Assembly (NCBI GenBank): GCA_046350615.1
Contig: JAXMAA010000002.1
Span: 277,204-341,203 of the forward strand
From: Candidatus Saccharimonadales bacterium
GTDB lineage: Bacteria; Patescibacteriota; Saccharimonadia; Saccharimonadales; UBA7683
DNA: 64,000 bases
Direction: 5' to 3'
Below are positions 55,099 through 63,875 of this stretch, piece by piece; positions within the stretch are counted from its first letter, which is position 1, and every line of letters begins with the position of its first letter. The translations under genes and the position numbers were made by a program. The notes under the pieces are model-generated. The model was not told the DNA's origin, did not search any database, and saw only the letters and a list, made by a program, of their open reading frames with translations.

Positions 55099-56121
55099 AT
55101 GGATACAATTGCTTACACCAAGGAACTGCTTTTCAAAAAATTGGAAACTCTTGAAGACAAAAAAAGTATTTTACGAGCACCAGAGCTACGCCAGCTCTAC
55201 GGTGCGATTAAAGATCAGCCAGAAGAGCAACGTGCGGCGTTTGGTCAGGCAGTTAATGCTCTGAAGCAAGAGCTAGAAGCTCTCGCCTCAGAGGATCTCA
55301 GATCTCAGGTCTCAGATCTCAGATCTATCGACGTAACCGCACCAATGGATGTGAATGCTGAACCACCGCAGCTGCTACCTACCGAAGATGGCACCATTCA
55401 CCCGATTAGTGCTGAGATCCAAAAGATCGCCGACATCTTCTATCGTATGGGCTTTGAGGTTTCGCAGTCTCGCGAGATTGATGACGAGTACCATATGTTC
55501 ACCAGCCTCAATTTCCCCGAAGGCCATCCGGCGCGTGACGATTACGACACCTTTATGACCGAAGAGGGTTTCGTGGCGCCAGCACATACCTCAACCATGC
55601 AAAACCGTATCATTAAAGCTCGCAGCGATAGTCTTGAAAAGGGCGAACCAATAGCTGTTCTGGCGGTAGATAGAGTATTTCGTAATGAAGATCTTGATGC
55701 GCGCCATGAACATACCTTTCATCAGGCTGAGGGTGTGTACGTTGGTAAAAATATAACCGTCGGTAATCTGGTGGCAACACTTAAGACATTTCTAACAACC
55801 TATTTTGGTAAAGAAGTGCAAACAAAAATTACTCCGTTTTATTTTCCATTTACCGAACCAAGCTTTGAGTTTTCCCTTTCTTGCCCTTTCTGCGAAGAAG
55901 GTCAGGATTGCCGGGTCTGTAGTAGCGAGCGCTGGATAGAGCTGCTCGGCTGCGGCATGATCCACCCAAATGTCTTAAAAGAAGCAGGTGTTGACCCAGA
56001 AAAATATACCGGATTTGCCTGGGGTTGTGGTATCGAGCGGCTTGTGATGATGCGCTACAATATCGAAGACATTCGCCACTTTAACAGCGGCAAGCTAGCT
56101 TTCCTAAGGCAGTTCAAATGA
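55099..56121 (+). CDS. pheS: Phenylalanine--tRNA ligase alpha subunit
   Basis: 340 aa; class II motifs HPARDDYDTF, VFRNEDLDARHEHTFHQAEG, GFAWGCGIERLVMM. Confidence 0.95.
   Translation: MDTIAYTKELLFKKLETLEDKKSILRAPELRQLYGAIKDQPEEQRAAFGQAVNALKQELEALASEDLRSQVSDLRSIDVTAPMDVNAEPPQLLPTEDGTIHPISAEIQKIADIFYRMGFEVSQSREIDDEYHMFTSLNFPEGHPARDDYDTFMTEEGFVAPAHTSTMQNRIIKARSDSLEKGEPIAVLAVDRVFRNEDLDARHEHTFHQAEGVYVGKNITVGNLVATLKTFLTTYFGKEVQTKITPFYFPFTEPSFEFSLSCPFCEEGQDCRVCSSERWIELLGCGMIHPNVLKEAGVDPEKYTGFAWGCGIERLVMMRYNIEDIRHFNSGKLAFLRQFK
55295..55326 (+). repeat. Heptanucleotide tandem repeat (ATCTCAG x 4.6) inside pheS
   Basis: ATCTCAG ATCTCAG GTCTCAG ATCTCAG ATCT encoding DLRSQVSDLRS. Confidence 0.85.
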
Positions 56122-56738
56122 GCAAAAAACTAACAGTATATGCGTTCATTGATAGCCAAAACTTAAATTTGGCAATTCGTGATATGGGCTGGCGCCTAGA
56201 TTTTACTCGTTTCAGAGTGTATCTCAAAGAAAAGTATGGTGTTGATAAAGCATATATATTTATTGGCTATATGCCCAGTAATCGCGAGCTTTATTCATTC
56301 TTACAGGATGCAGGATTTAACTGCGTATTCCGCCCAACCCTAACCTATAAAGATGGTAAAACAAAAGGGAATTGTGACGCTGAGCTTGTTTTACAGGCGA
56401 TGATAGATATTGAAGACTATCAAAAGGCAATCATTGTCACAGGTGACGGTGATTTCTATTGCCTCGTCGATCATCTTATTTCGATAGGCAAATTAGGTTC
56501 GCTTCTAGTGCCTAATAGAAATAAGTACTCGGCTCTTTTAAAACTTAAAGAATTCAAACCATATACTCGCGATATGAATGACCTGCGGAAGAAGCTAGAA
56601 TATAAACCCGCAAAAAAGAAGAACCCCCGCAAGGACGGGACCTTACAGGGGAAATCTTCCATTGGTGATACAAAAAGATTAGCAAAAAAGACTAAAAAAG
56701 TCAATAGCAATCGAGTTAAAAAAGAGGATCAAAAATGA
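56118..56738 (+). CDS. NYN/LabA-like domain protein with basic C-terminal tail
   Basis: YAFIDSQNLNLAIRD..., NCDAELVLQAM..., IIVTGDGDFYCLV; 4-nt ATGA overlap with pheS. Confidence 0.75.
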   Translation: MSKKLTVYAFIDSQNLNLAIRDMGWRLDFTRFRVYLKEKYGVDKAYIFIGYMPSNRELYSFLQDAGFNCVFRPTLTYKDGKTKGNCDAELVLQAMIDIEDYQKAIIVTGDGDFYCLVDHLISIGKLGSLLVPNRNKYSALLKLKEFKPYTRDMNDLRKKLEYKPAKKKNPRKDGTLQGKSSIGDTKRLAKKTKKVNSNRVKKEDQK

Positions 56739-57157
56739 TGATATTGCAGGACGCAAAGCAGTTTTTAGACCAGTTTGAAACCTGTGTACTTGCCACTGTC
56801 GGCAAAAAGAACCAACCTCAAGCTGCAACAGTAGGTTTTTCGGTGGATGATGACTTCAAGGTAATGGTTGCCACCAATGAGAAAACAAGAAAAGCTACAA
56901 ACCTTGCAGAAAACGCGAAGGTTGCGCTAGTTGTTGGGTTTGAGGGTCCTAAAACGTTACAACTTGAAGGTATTGCAGAAAAACTAAATAAAGCAGAGTA
57001 TCAAGATCGTATCAATCTTCACTTTGAGAAAGTTCCAGGTGCAAAGAAGTTCGCAGGGGAAGCCGGCCAAAACTACTATCTCATCACCCCAACTTGGCTC
57101 CGTTTCACCGACTACACAAACGAAAATCCAATTTTTGAAACAAAGGATTTCCTATGA
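56735..57157 (+). CDS. Pyridoxamine 5'-phosphate oxidase-like FMN-binding split-barrel protein
   Basis: 140 aa; FETCVLATVGKKNQPQAATVGF... pattern; 4-nt overlaps on both sides. Confidence 0.6.
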   Translation: MMILQDAKQFLDQFETCVLATVGKKNQPQAATVGFSVDDDFKVMVATNEKTRKATNLAENAKVALVVGFEGPKTLQLEGIAEKLNKAEYQDRINLHFEKVPGAKKFAGEAGQNYYLITPTWLRFTDYTNENPIFETKDFL

Positions 57158-57480
57158 GCAGAGTTAAGATTGTAACGTTCGTACCAGCGGAAAACGCTGA
57201 CGACATCCGTCGGGCATTGGGTGAGGCGGGTGCAGGTCAACTTGGAGAGTATTCGTTCTGCAGCTATTCGGTATTGGGCACTGGGCGTTTTTTGCCCTCA
57301 GAAGGTGCTAATCCGCATATTGGCCAGCCAGGGGAGCCCGAAGCAGTGCAGGAAGAGCGGGTTGAGGTTACTTGCGACCGAGGTATTGCTAAACAAGCTA
57401 TTGAAGCCATGAAGAAAGCCCACCCGTATGAGGAGGTCGCATTCGACATCTATCCACTCATTGAGGAGAAAGAGCTATGA
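57154..57480 (+). CDS. COG3323 / NIF3-insert-domain-like (YqfO C-terminal-like) small protein
   Basis: 108 aa; KIVTFVPAENADDIRRALGEAGAGQLGEYSFCSY...G.F.P..GANPHIG...EERVEV...KKAHPYEEVAFDIYPL. Confidence 0.6.
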   Translation: MSRVKIVTFVPAENADDIRRALGEAGAGQLGEYSFCSYSVLGTGRFLPSEGANPHIGQPGEPEAVQEERVEVTCDRGIAKQAIEAMKKAHPYEEVAFDIYPLIEEKEL

Positions 57481-58055
57481 AAAACGCAATCTTAATTCCA
57501 GGTAGACCAGACAAAGACGAACATTACGACCCAGCACGACGCTCAAACAGTGAAGACCACTGGTTTAGTTGGCTCAAGCGTCAGCTAATACTCAAGGATA
57601 TCCATACAGTTTCAATTGAGCTGCCCTTTCCGTTTCGGCCGAGATACGATGAATGGAAGCGGGAATTTGAGCGTTTTGACATAACGCCAGAAACAACTCT
57701 TGTTGGCCACAGCTGTGGCGGAGGATTTTTAGTACGTTGGCTGAGCGAGAATAAAAATATCAAAGTTGGCAAAGTTGTTCTGGTCGCGCCATGGATAAAC
57801 CCGCTGAACTACGAAGTTTCTGATACCGCCGACTTCTTTGATTTTGAAATTGACTCAGAGTTTCCAGCTCGAACAAAGGGTGTAAGCGTGTTTATTTCTA
57901 GCGATGACGAACCGAGTGTGGTAAGAACTGTAAATATTCTGAAAGAAAAAGTGCAAGGCATAACCTACCGTGAATATACAGACAGAGGCCACTTTACGTA
58001 CGGCGTCATGCAAACTGACGATTTTCCCGAGCTACTACAGGAGGTATTAAGATGA
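57477..58055 (+). CDS. YdeN/RBBP9-type serine hydrolase (alpha/beta fold)
   Basis: ILIPGRPD...; nucleophile elbow VGHSCGG; C-terminal D...GHF. Confidence 0.65.
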   Translation: MKNAILIPGRPDKDEHYDPARRSNSEDHWFSWLKRQLILKDIHTVSIELPFPFRPRYDEWKREFERFDITPETTLVGHSCGGGFLVRWLSENKNIKVGKVVLVAPWINPLNYEVSDTADFFDFEIDSEFPARTKGVSVFISSDDEPSVVRTVNILKEKVQGITYREYTDRGHFTYGVMQTDDFPELLQEVLR

Positions 58056-60676
58056 AAATTAGTTTGAACTGGGTGAAGCAATATACGGATGTCGATCTTT
58101 CTACTGATGAATTGGTGAAGTTGGCAACTGAACGTCTTGGTGGAGTTGAAGGTGTTATTGATCTTTCGAAGCAATATGAGGGTATTATTGTGGCTAAGGT
58201 TGTTTCATGCGTAAAGCATCCTAACGCAGATAAGCTTTCGCTTTGTAAAGTTGATGACGGCAGAGTTGTGGGTGATGTGGCCCGTGATGAAAATGGCTAT
58301 GTGCAGGTGGTGTGCGGCGCACCGAATGTGCGTGAAGGGCTTTTGGTGGCATGGATTCCGCCAGGTGCGACTGTTCCAGCTAGTTATGGTGAAAAAGAGC
58401 TGTTTGTTTTGGAGGCGCGTGATCTGCGAGGCGAAACAAGCAATGGCATGCTGGCGAGCCTCGCAGAATTGGGTCTGGGCGATGATCATTCGGGTATTTT
58501 GGAGATTGATCCTGAAGAAAAGACTGCCGGTATGCCTCATCCTGAGCCTGTCGAAGGATCTAGTGGCGGTAGCAGCGGGGAGCAGATCTCTCGACAAACT
58601 CGAGATGACAATACCGTGAAGCCAGGAACACCTTTCAAAAATCTGTATGATCTTGATGACACAATTCTAGAAATTGAAAACAAGATGTTTACACATCGAC
58701 CCGATGGTTTTGGTCATCTCGGCGTAGCGCGAGAGATTGCTGGTATTCAGCATAAGGCATTCAAATCTCCAGAGTGGTATTCACAGCGCGTCATTTCGAC
58801 CGAAGTGGAGAAATCTGACCAAGGTTCTCGAAAAGCTCAAGATGGCCTAGCAAGTGGTCTCAGTGTGTCAATTCAAGATGGCGATCTTTGTCCACGTTAT
58901 ATGGCGGTGGTGCTTGAAGATGTCAAAATTGCGCCAAGCCCGCTTTGGCTGCAAAGTTACTTGAAGCGAGTAGGCGTGCGTCCAATCAATAATGTTGTTG
59001 ATGTAACTAACTACATGATGTTACTTACCGCGCAACCGCTTCACGCTTTTGATTTCGACAAGATAGCGAGAGACGGCAAGGCCGAAATTACCGTTAGAAG
59101 GCCAAAAGACGGCGAAAAAATGACGTTGCTTGACGGCAAAACACTTGAGCCTCATAAAGACGCAGTTTTAATTTGTAGCGAAGCTGGCCCAATTGCGCTT
59201 GGCGGCATCATGGGCGGTGGCAATTCTGAAGTTGATGAAAATACGAGGCGGATTGTTTTGGAGTGCGCTACTTTTGATATGTATAACATCCGAAAGACAA
59301 GTATGGTCCACGGTATTTTCACAGATGCTGTAACCCGTTTCACTAAAGGCCAGCCAGCAGCTCAATTACCGCCGGTTATCGTTAAAGCCATCAGTATGTT
59401 CGAGGAGTTGGCACGCGCTAAGCAAACTGGAGAGATTGTGGATACTGCAGTTGCGAATTACGACCAACGATCAACAAATCACGATTACATCGAAATTGAT
59501 GCGAAATTTATTAATGATAGACTTGGCTCGAAGTTCAGTAACGAGCAAATTATCCAGCTTCTTACTAATGTTGAAATCGAGGCTCACGAGGCTTCCGGCC
59601 CAATTGAAGTACGTCCACCGTTTTGGCGAACCGATCTTGAAATCAAAGAAGATATCGTGGAAGAAATCGGTCGTCTCTATGGCTTTAATCAGCTTCCAAT
59701 CGCGCTACCAGAGCGGAGCATCGCACCAATAACTCCGGATTCAACACGAACACTCAAAGCAAAAATCAGAGGCGGCTTTGCAAGGGCCGGCGCTAATGAG
59801 GTCCTCGGCTACAGCTTCGTTCACGGAAACTTGCTAGCCAAAGCCGGCCAAGATTCAACACGAGCATACGCAATCAGGAATGCGCTAAGCCCCGATCTTC
59901 AGTACTACCGCCTCAGTTTATTGCCAAGTTTGCTTGAAAAAGTTCACCCCAATATTAAAGCGGGATATGGGCAGTTCAGCCTGTTTGAAATCGGTAAAGT
60001 GCACTACAAAGGTGAAATGGATGAGAGAGAGCTAAATGTACCGAATGAGGATGATCACGTTGCTTGCGTGATTGCGTATGACACAAAGGTGGCCCCGAAG
60101 GGTTCACCATATTATGCAGCCCGTCGATACTTAGCTGAAATAGATTCCGACCTTGTCGAGTCGCTTGTTCCTATGAAAGATTTCAATCTTGCGGCCGACG
60201 AATGGGGTCAGCAGCTTGCTGCGCCGTACGAACCAGATCGCAGCGCACTCGTTGTGGTTGATAATCAAATTTGGGGCGTAGTTGGCGAATTTAAAACGAC
60301 AATTCAAAAGGCCTTTAAGCTTCCGGATTATGCCGCCGGATTTGAAGTTCACCTCGGTGTTTTGCAATCAAAAGAAGTGGGTTACAAACCACTTTCAAGA
60401 TTCCCATCAAGCGAGCAAGATATCACGCTCAAAGTCGCCAGTAGCGTGAACTATGCCGAACTAGCATCGAGCCTTGCCCAGATCATGGAAGACAGTGAGT
60501 ACCAATACACACTTGAGCCACGTGGTATCTATCAAAAAGAACCTAAGACCAAAAACATTACTTTCCATCTCACGCTCTCTCACCGCGAACGCACTCTCAC
60601 CACCATCGAAGTCAATAAACTAGTAGAGAACTTAACTTGGCAGGCCCACGAACGGTTCGCAGCCGAGCAGGTTTAA
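58052..60676 (+). CDS. pheT: Phenylalanine--tRNA ligase beta subunit, with two repeat-derived in-frame insertions
   Basis: 874 aa; N-terminal tRNA-binding domain (VKHPNADKLSLCKVD), B3/4, B5 and C-terminal FDX-ACB domains in the usual order. Confidence 0.95.
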   Translation: MKISLNWVKQYTDVDLSTDELVKLATERLGGVEGVIDLSKQYEGIIVAKVVSCVKHPNADKLSLCKVDDGRVVGDVARDENGYVQVVCGAPNVREGLLVAWIPPGATVPASYGEKELFVLEARDLRGETSNGMLASLAELGLGDDHSGILEIDPEEKTAGMPHPEPVEGSSGGSSGEQISRQTRDDNTVKPGTPFKNLYDLDDTILEIENKMFTHRPDGFGHLGVAREIAGIQHKAFKSPEWYSQRVISTEVEKSDQGSRKAQDGLASGLSVSIQDGDLCPRYMAVVLEDVKIAPSPLWLQSYLKRVGVRPINNVVDVTNYMMLLTAQPLHAFDFDKIARDGKAEITVRRPKDGEKMTLLDGKTLEPHKDAVLICSEAGPIALGGIMGGGNSEVDENTRRIVLECATFDMYNIRKTSMVHGIFTDAVTRFTKGQPAAQLPPVIVKAISMFEELARAKQTGEIVDTAVANYDQRSTNHDYIEIDAKFINDRLGSKFSNEQIIQLLTNVEIEAHEASGPIEVRPPFWRTDLEIKEDIVEEIGRLYGFNQLPIALPERSIAPITPDSTRTLKAKIRGGFARAGANEVLGYSFVHGNLLAKAGQDSTRAYAIRNALSPDLQYYRLSLLPSLLEKVHPNIKAGYGQFSLFEIGKVHYKGEMDERELNVPNEDDHVACVIAYDTKVAPKGSPYYAARRYLAEIDSDLVESLVPMKDFNLAADEWGQQLAAPYEPDRSALVVVDNQIWGVVGEFKTTIQKAFKLPDYAAGFEVHLGVLQSKEVGYKPLSRFPSSEQDITLKVASSVNYAELASSLAQIMEDSEYQYTLEPRGIYQKEPKTKNITFHLTLSHRERTLTTIEVNKLVENLTWQAHERFAAEQV
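58536..58609. repeat. GTCAT-hairpin palindromic element inside pheT (insertion 1)
   Basis: CTCATCCTGAGCCTGTCGAAGGATC (58536-60) matches the intergenic module GTCATCCTGAGCGTAGTCGAAGGATC at 26.3 kb at 22 of its 25 bases (one-base gap). An inverted partner GATCTCTCGACAAACTCGAGATGAC lies at 58585-58609. Encodes ...PHPEPVEGSSGGSSGEQISRQTRDD... Confidence 0.65.
58790..58846. repeat. GTCAT-hairpin palindromic element inside pheT (insertion 2, 57 bp = 19 codons)
   Basis: GTCATTTCGACCGAAGTGGAGAAATCTGAC (58790-58819) plus an inverted module whose reverse complement GCCATCTTGAGCTTTTCGAGAACC (58823-46) resembles GTCATCTTGAGCGAATTCGAAAGACC at 14809. Confidence 0.55.
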
Positions 60677-60683
60677 CCTTTCC

Positions 60684-60727
60684 AAAGACGGTTCTCGGAA
60701 ATATGAAAGACGGTTCTCGGAAATATG
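60684..60727. repeat. 2 x 22-bp perfect tandem duplication
   Basis: AAAGACGGTTCTCGGAAATATG at 60684-60705 and 60706-60727, immediately after the pheT stop. Confidence 0.9.
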
Positions 60728-60738
60728 AAAATGATGGT

Positions 60739-61356
60739 TTAATAGTCAGCTAGTTCGTGCTTGATTTTTTCTAGTGCATCGTGCGTATCTTTGTAGTCGT
60801 TTACAAATTCTAGATAATCCGAGTGCGTTTCTTTAAATTGGTCTAATATTTTTTGTGGACTAACCCAAGCGGCTTGTTTTGCGCCCAAGTAGTACGGAAG
60901 GCTTGAGTACTCCCATTGCATGTAGTCTCTGGGGTTCAAATGAATATAGCGCGAAACATGTTCGAGATATTCATCGCTCGTAATCATTGAAGCCTTAAAC
61001 CGATCTTGAAATAGCGGCCCGACACGCCTGTAGCGCTTGTTGTAGTGCTTGGTGTACGATGTGGCGACCCCTCTCAGTAACCGTGTCATTGCCTCGGGTT
61101 CAACTTGATAAACCAGTAGGTGAAAGTGGTTGGGCATCAAGCAAAATGCGAGTAATTCCAATATTGGATGTAACCAATCATATTCGCGCCCTTTGTTGTC
61201 TCGAGCAGGTTCTCTGTCAAGGTAGCGTTTTAGAAGGTTTAAAAACACAGCGTAATCTTGCTTATCATGAAAAATTACCTGCTTTGCAACCCCACGATTG
61301 TAAATATGATAGTAGCAATCCTCAAGATAAATTTTTTCACGGTTTTTACTCGACAT
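60739..61356 (-). CDS. IS200-like / REP-associated tyrosine transposase family protein (COG1943), second copy
   Basis: YHIYNRGVAKQVIF..., HUH motif PNHFHLLVY, HYNKRYRRVGPLFQDRFKA, SRYIHLNP; paralogue of 21532-22161. Confidence 0.8.
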   Translation of the reverse strand: MSSKNREKIYLEDCYYHIYNRGVAKQVIFHDKQDYAVFLNLLKRYLDREPARDNKGREYDWLHPILELLAFCLMPNHFHLLVYQVEPEAMTRLLRGVATSYTKHYNKRYRRVGPLFQDRFKASMITSDEYLEHVSRYIHLNPRDYMQWEYSSLPYYLGAKQAAWVSPQKILDQFKETHSDYLEFVNDYKDTHDALEKIKHELADY

Positions 61357-61424
61357 GAATATATATTAAACAATCAAAACTAAATTTCCAAGAACCGTCT
61401 TCGGAAACGTGATAAAATGGAGAT

Positions 61425-63203
61425 ATGAAGCAGATTGGAAAAATTTTAAAGTTTGCCGGGCATCTGTGGCCATACTACATTGGCGTTTCTATTGGAACGG
61501 TTCTGATGGCGCTGCTCAATCAGGCGCAGCCGCTGCTAACTAAAATGGCGATAGATAGGTTACCAATGGTTGTGGGCGGACAGAACGATTTCATGCCGGT
61601 ACTGCTGATTGTGGTGGCCCTCTTTGCAAGTGATGTGGGAGCAACACTTATTAGCAACATCTCCGGTTATTATGGCGATATCATGGCCGTCAAGTTGCGC
61701 TACTTTCTTTCGACGAAGTACTACGATCATCTTTTAACTCTGAGCCAAAAGTATTACTCCAATGAGCTGACAGGCACCATCATTAATAGATTGAGCCGTT
61801 CAATTACGGGCGTTACAGATTTCATTAATATGTTCGCCAATAACTTTTTTCAGTTCCTCCTTACAACCGTATTCACGCTGGTTATTGTAGCTCGTTACAG
61901 CTGGATTGTTGCGCTACTTTTTGCCTCGTTGTACCCAATATTTTTGTGGTTGACTGGCCGAACCAGCAAAAAATGGCAAGTGTATCAAAAAGAAATCAAT
62001 GATGCGAGCGATATCGCCAGTGGCCGATTTGCCGAAGTGATAAGCGAAATCAAAGTAGCAAAAAGCTACACCTCTGAAAAATCTGAAAGCTCATTTTTCA
62101 AAAACATGCTCCGAAAAACGGTTAAAACCACTCGGCCGCAATCTCAGTTATGGCATCGTGAAGACATCTTGCGTCGGCTGGTTTTAAACGTGATCTTTGG
62201 CGTTGTCTATATCTATATATTCTGGGAAGCGGTCAATGGCAGATTTACTGTAGGTGAGACCGTGCTGCTTATCCAGTACGGGGCGTTAATTCGGCTTCCA
62301 ATCTTCAGTATGAGTTTCTTGGTGGATCGCACACAGCGGGCTATTGCTGATAGTAAAGATTACTTTACCGCCATGAACGAATCGCCAAGCGTACTTGACC
62401 AAGCGGGTGCGAAACAGCTCAGGGTTACGAATGGCGTGGTGCGGTTCAGTAGTGTAAACTTTGCTTACGAAGACGCCCAGCCAGTGCTCCGCGAAGTATC
62501 TTTCAAAATCGAAGCTGGTCAGAAATTGGCGCTGGTTGGTGAGAGCGGCGAGGGTAAAACTACCATCACTAACCTGCTACTTCGCTTGTATGATCCAAGC
62601 TCGGGTGCTATTACTATTGATGAAACCAATATTGCAGACATAACGCAAAAGAGTTTACGCCAGAACATCGCAGTTGTATTTCAAGAGGCCACACTTTTCA
62701 GCGGCACAGTGCGCGAAAACATTGCCTATGGCCGGCCAACTGCGTCTGAAAAAGATATTGAAAAGGCGGCTCGAGCTGCCAACGCTTGGGACTTTGTTAA
62801 AAATTTACCAAATGGCCTTGATACGCTGGTTGGTGAGCGCGGCATGAAGCTCTCAGGTGGTCAGAAGCAACGCATCGCCATTGCTCGGGCAATCTTGAAG
62901 GATGCACCGATTTTAATTCTTGATGAGGCCACGTCGAGCCTCGATAGCAGAGCCGAGCATGAAGTGCAAATGGCTCTTGAAAAACTCATGAAGGGCCGCA
63001 CTACACTTATTATTGCGCACCGTCTTTCAACTATTGCCGGTGTTGACCAAATTGTTACCCTCAAGAAAGGCAAAGTTGATGAGATAGGTACGCCGGCAGA
63101 ACTGGCCAAGACCAAAGGCATATACGCACAATTACTGAAACTACAAAGCAACACCGACGAAAAAACCAAAAACAAACTAAAAGAATACGAAATAGCCGCC
63201 TAA
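61425..63203 (+). CDS. ABC exporter, fused permease/ATPase (MsbA/MdlB-like)
   Basis: 592 aa; six-TM N-domain; Walker A GESGEGKTT, signature LSGGQKQR, Walker B ILILDEATSSLD. Confidence 0.9.
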   Translation: MKQIGKILKFAGHLWPYYIGVSIGTVLMALLNQAQPLLTKMAIDRLPMVVGGQNDFMPVLLIVVALFASDVGATLISNISGYYGDIMAVKLRYFLSTKYYDHLLTLSQKYYSNELTGTIINRLSRSITGVTDFINMFANNFFQFLLTTVFTLVIVARYSWIVALLFASLYPIFLWLTGRTSKKWQVYQKEINDASDIASGRFAEVISEIKVAKSYTSEKSESSFFKNMLRKTVKTTRPQSQLWHREDILRRLVLNVIFGVVYIYIFWEAVNGRFTVGETVLLIQYGALIRLPIFSMSFLVDRTQRAIADSKDYFTAMNESPSVLDQAGAKQLRVTNGVVRFSSVNFAYEDAQPVLREVSFKIEAGQKLALVGESGEGKTTITNLLLRLYDPSSGAITIDETNIADITQKSLRQNIAVVFQEATLFSGTVRENIAYGRPTASEKDIEKAARAANAWDFVKNLPNGLDTLVGERGMKLSGGQKQRIAIARAILKDAPILILDEATSSLDSRAEHEVQMALEKLMKGRTTLIIAHRLSTIAGVDQIVTLKKGKVDEIGTPAELAKTKGIYAQLLKLQSNTDEKTKNKLKEYEIAA

Positions 63204-63218
63204 CTCTCACAGAGTATT

Positions 63219-63842
63219 TCAATTTAGGCTGGTTGCCGCCACTTTTCTTTCAGTTGCCAGTACGAGGTCTATGAATGCACCCCAGGCATTAGGGTCGCTA
63301 TCAACAAGATGGCAGTCCCAGCCTTTTTCGATCGCCGTTTCAAGCTGCTCGGTGGGCAAAATGAGCTCTTGTGCATAGGCAATCTGGTCCGCAAGTCCAT
63401 TTTCAAGCGCTTCTGGTTTTGCACGCGATCCATATACGATGTGAGTTGCTTCCAAAGGACTGCCGCTACCAAAAACGCCTATTGCGGATTGCACCACGAG
63501 CGGTCCGGCAAAACCTTTGGTGCGAACAAGCCGGTGGGAAAGTTCTACGGTCATCAGTAAGTCGGCGGTGGGCTTGTCGAGTAAGTTGAGTAGGTCTCGT
63601 TCTGACATTCTTGTTTTAAATCTTCTGCCTCCGTTGGTGTAGCGCTTGATTTCGTAGTCACATGTCGTGCCCGAGGTGCCAAGCAGGCCATGTTTTTTCA
63701 CCTCATAATGCGCCATTGGGGAAGTGAGTGCGGACATAGCAAGAAGGCGGGCATTAGTTATCGGTGTTTCACGCATAAGTATGTAATGTATATATTGCAG
63801 ATTACATAAAATTGCAAGCAAGAGCGGTATAAATGTAGGCAA
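63219..63842 (-). CDS. Hypothetical protein
   Basis: 207-aa ORF (185 aa if started at ATG 63776, MRETPITN...); no motif recognised. Confidence 0.4.
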   Translation of the reverse strand: MPTFIPLLLAILCNLQYIHYILMRETPITNARLLAMSALTSPMAHYEVKKHGLLGTSGTTCDYEIKRYTNGGRRFKTRMSERDLLNLLDKPTADLLMTVELSHRLVRTKGFAGPLVVQSAIGVFGSGSPLEATHIVYGSRAKPEALENGLADQIAYAQELILPTEQLETAIEKGWDCHLVDSDPNAWGAFIDLVLATERKVAATSLN

Positions 63843-63875
63843 AAGGCCGCATTAATGATGTATAATCTCAGTACT

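Larger units (their letters stand above)
60684..61402 (-). mobile_element. Y1 (HUH) transposase gene bracketed by inverted repeats (RAYT/IS200-like unit 2)
   Basis: Left AGACGGTTCTCGGAAAT (present twice) versus right ATTTCCAAGAACCGTCT (61384-61400), reverse complement with 1 mismatch. Confidence 0.5.
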
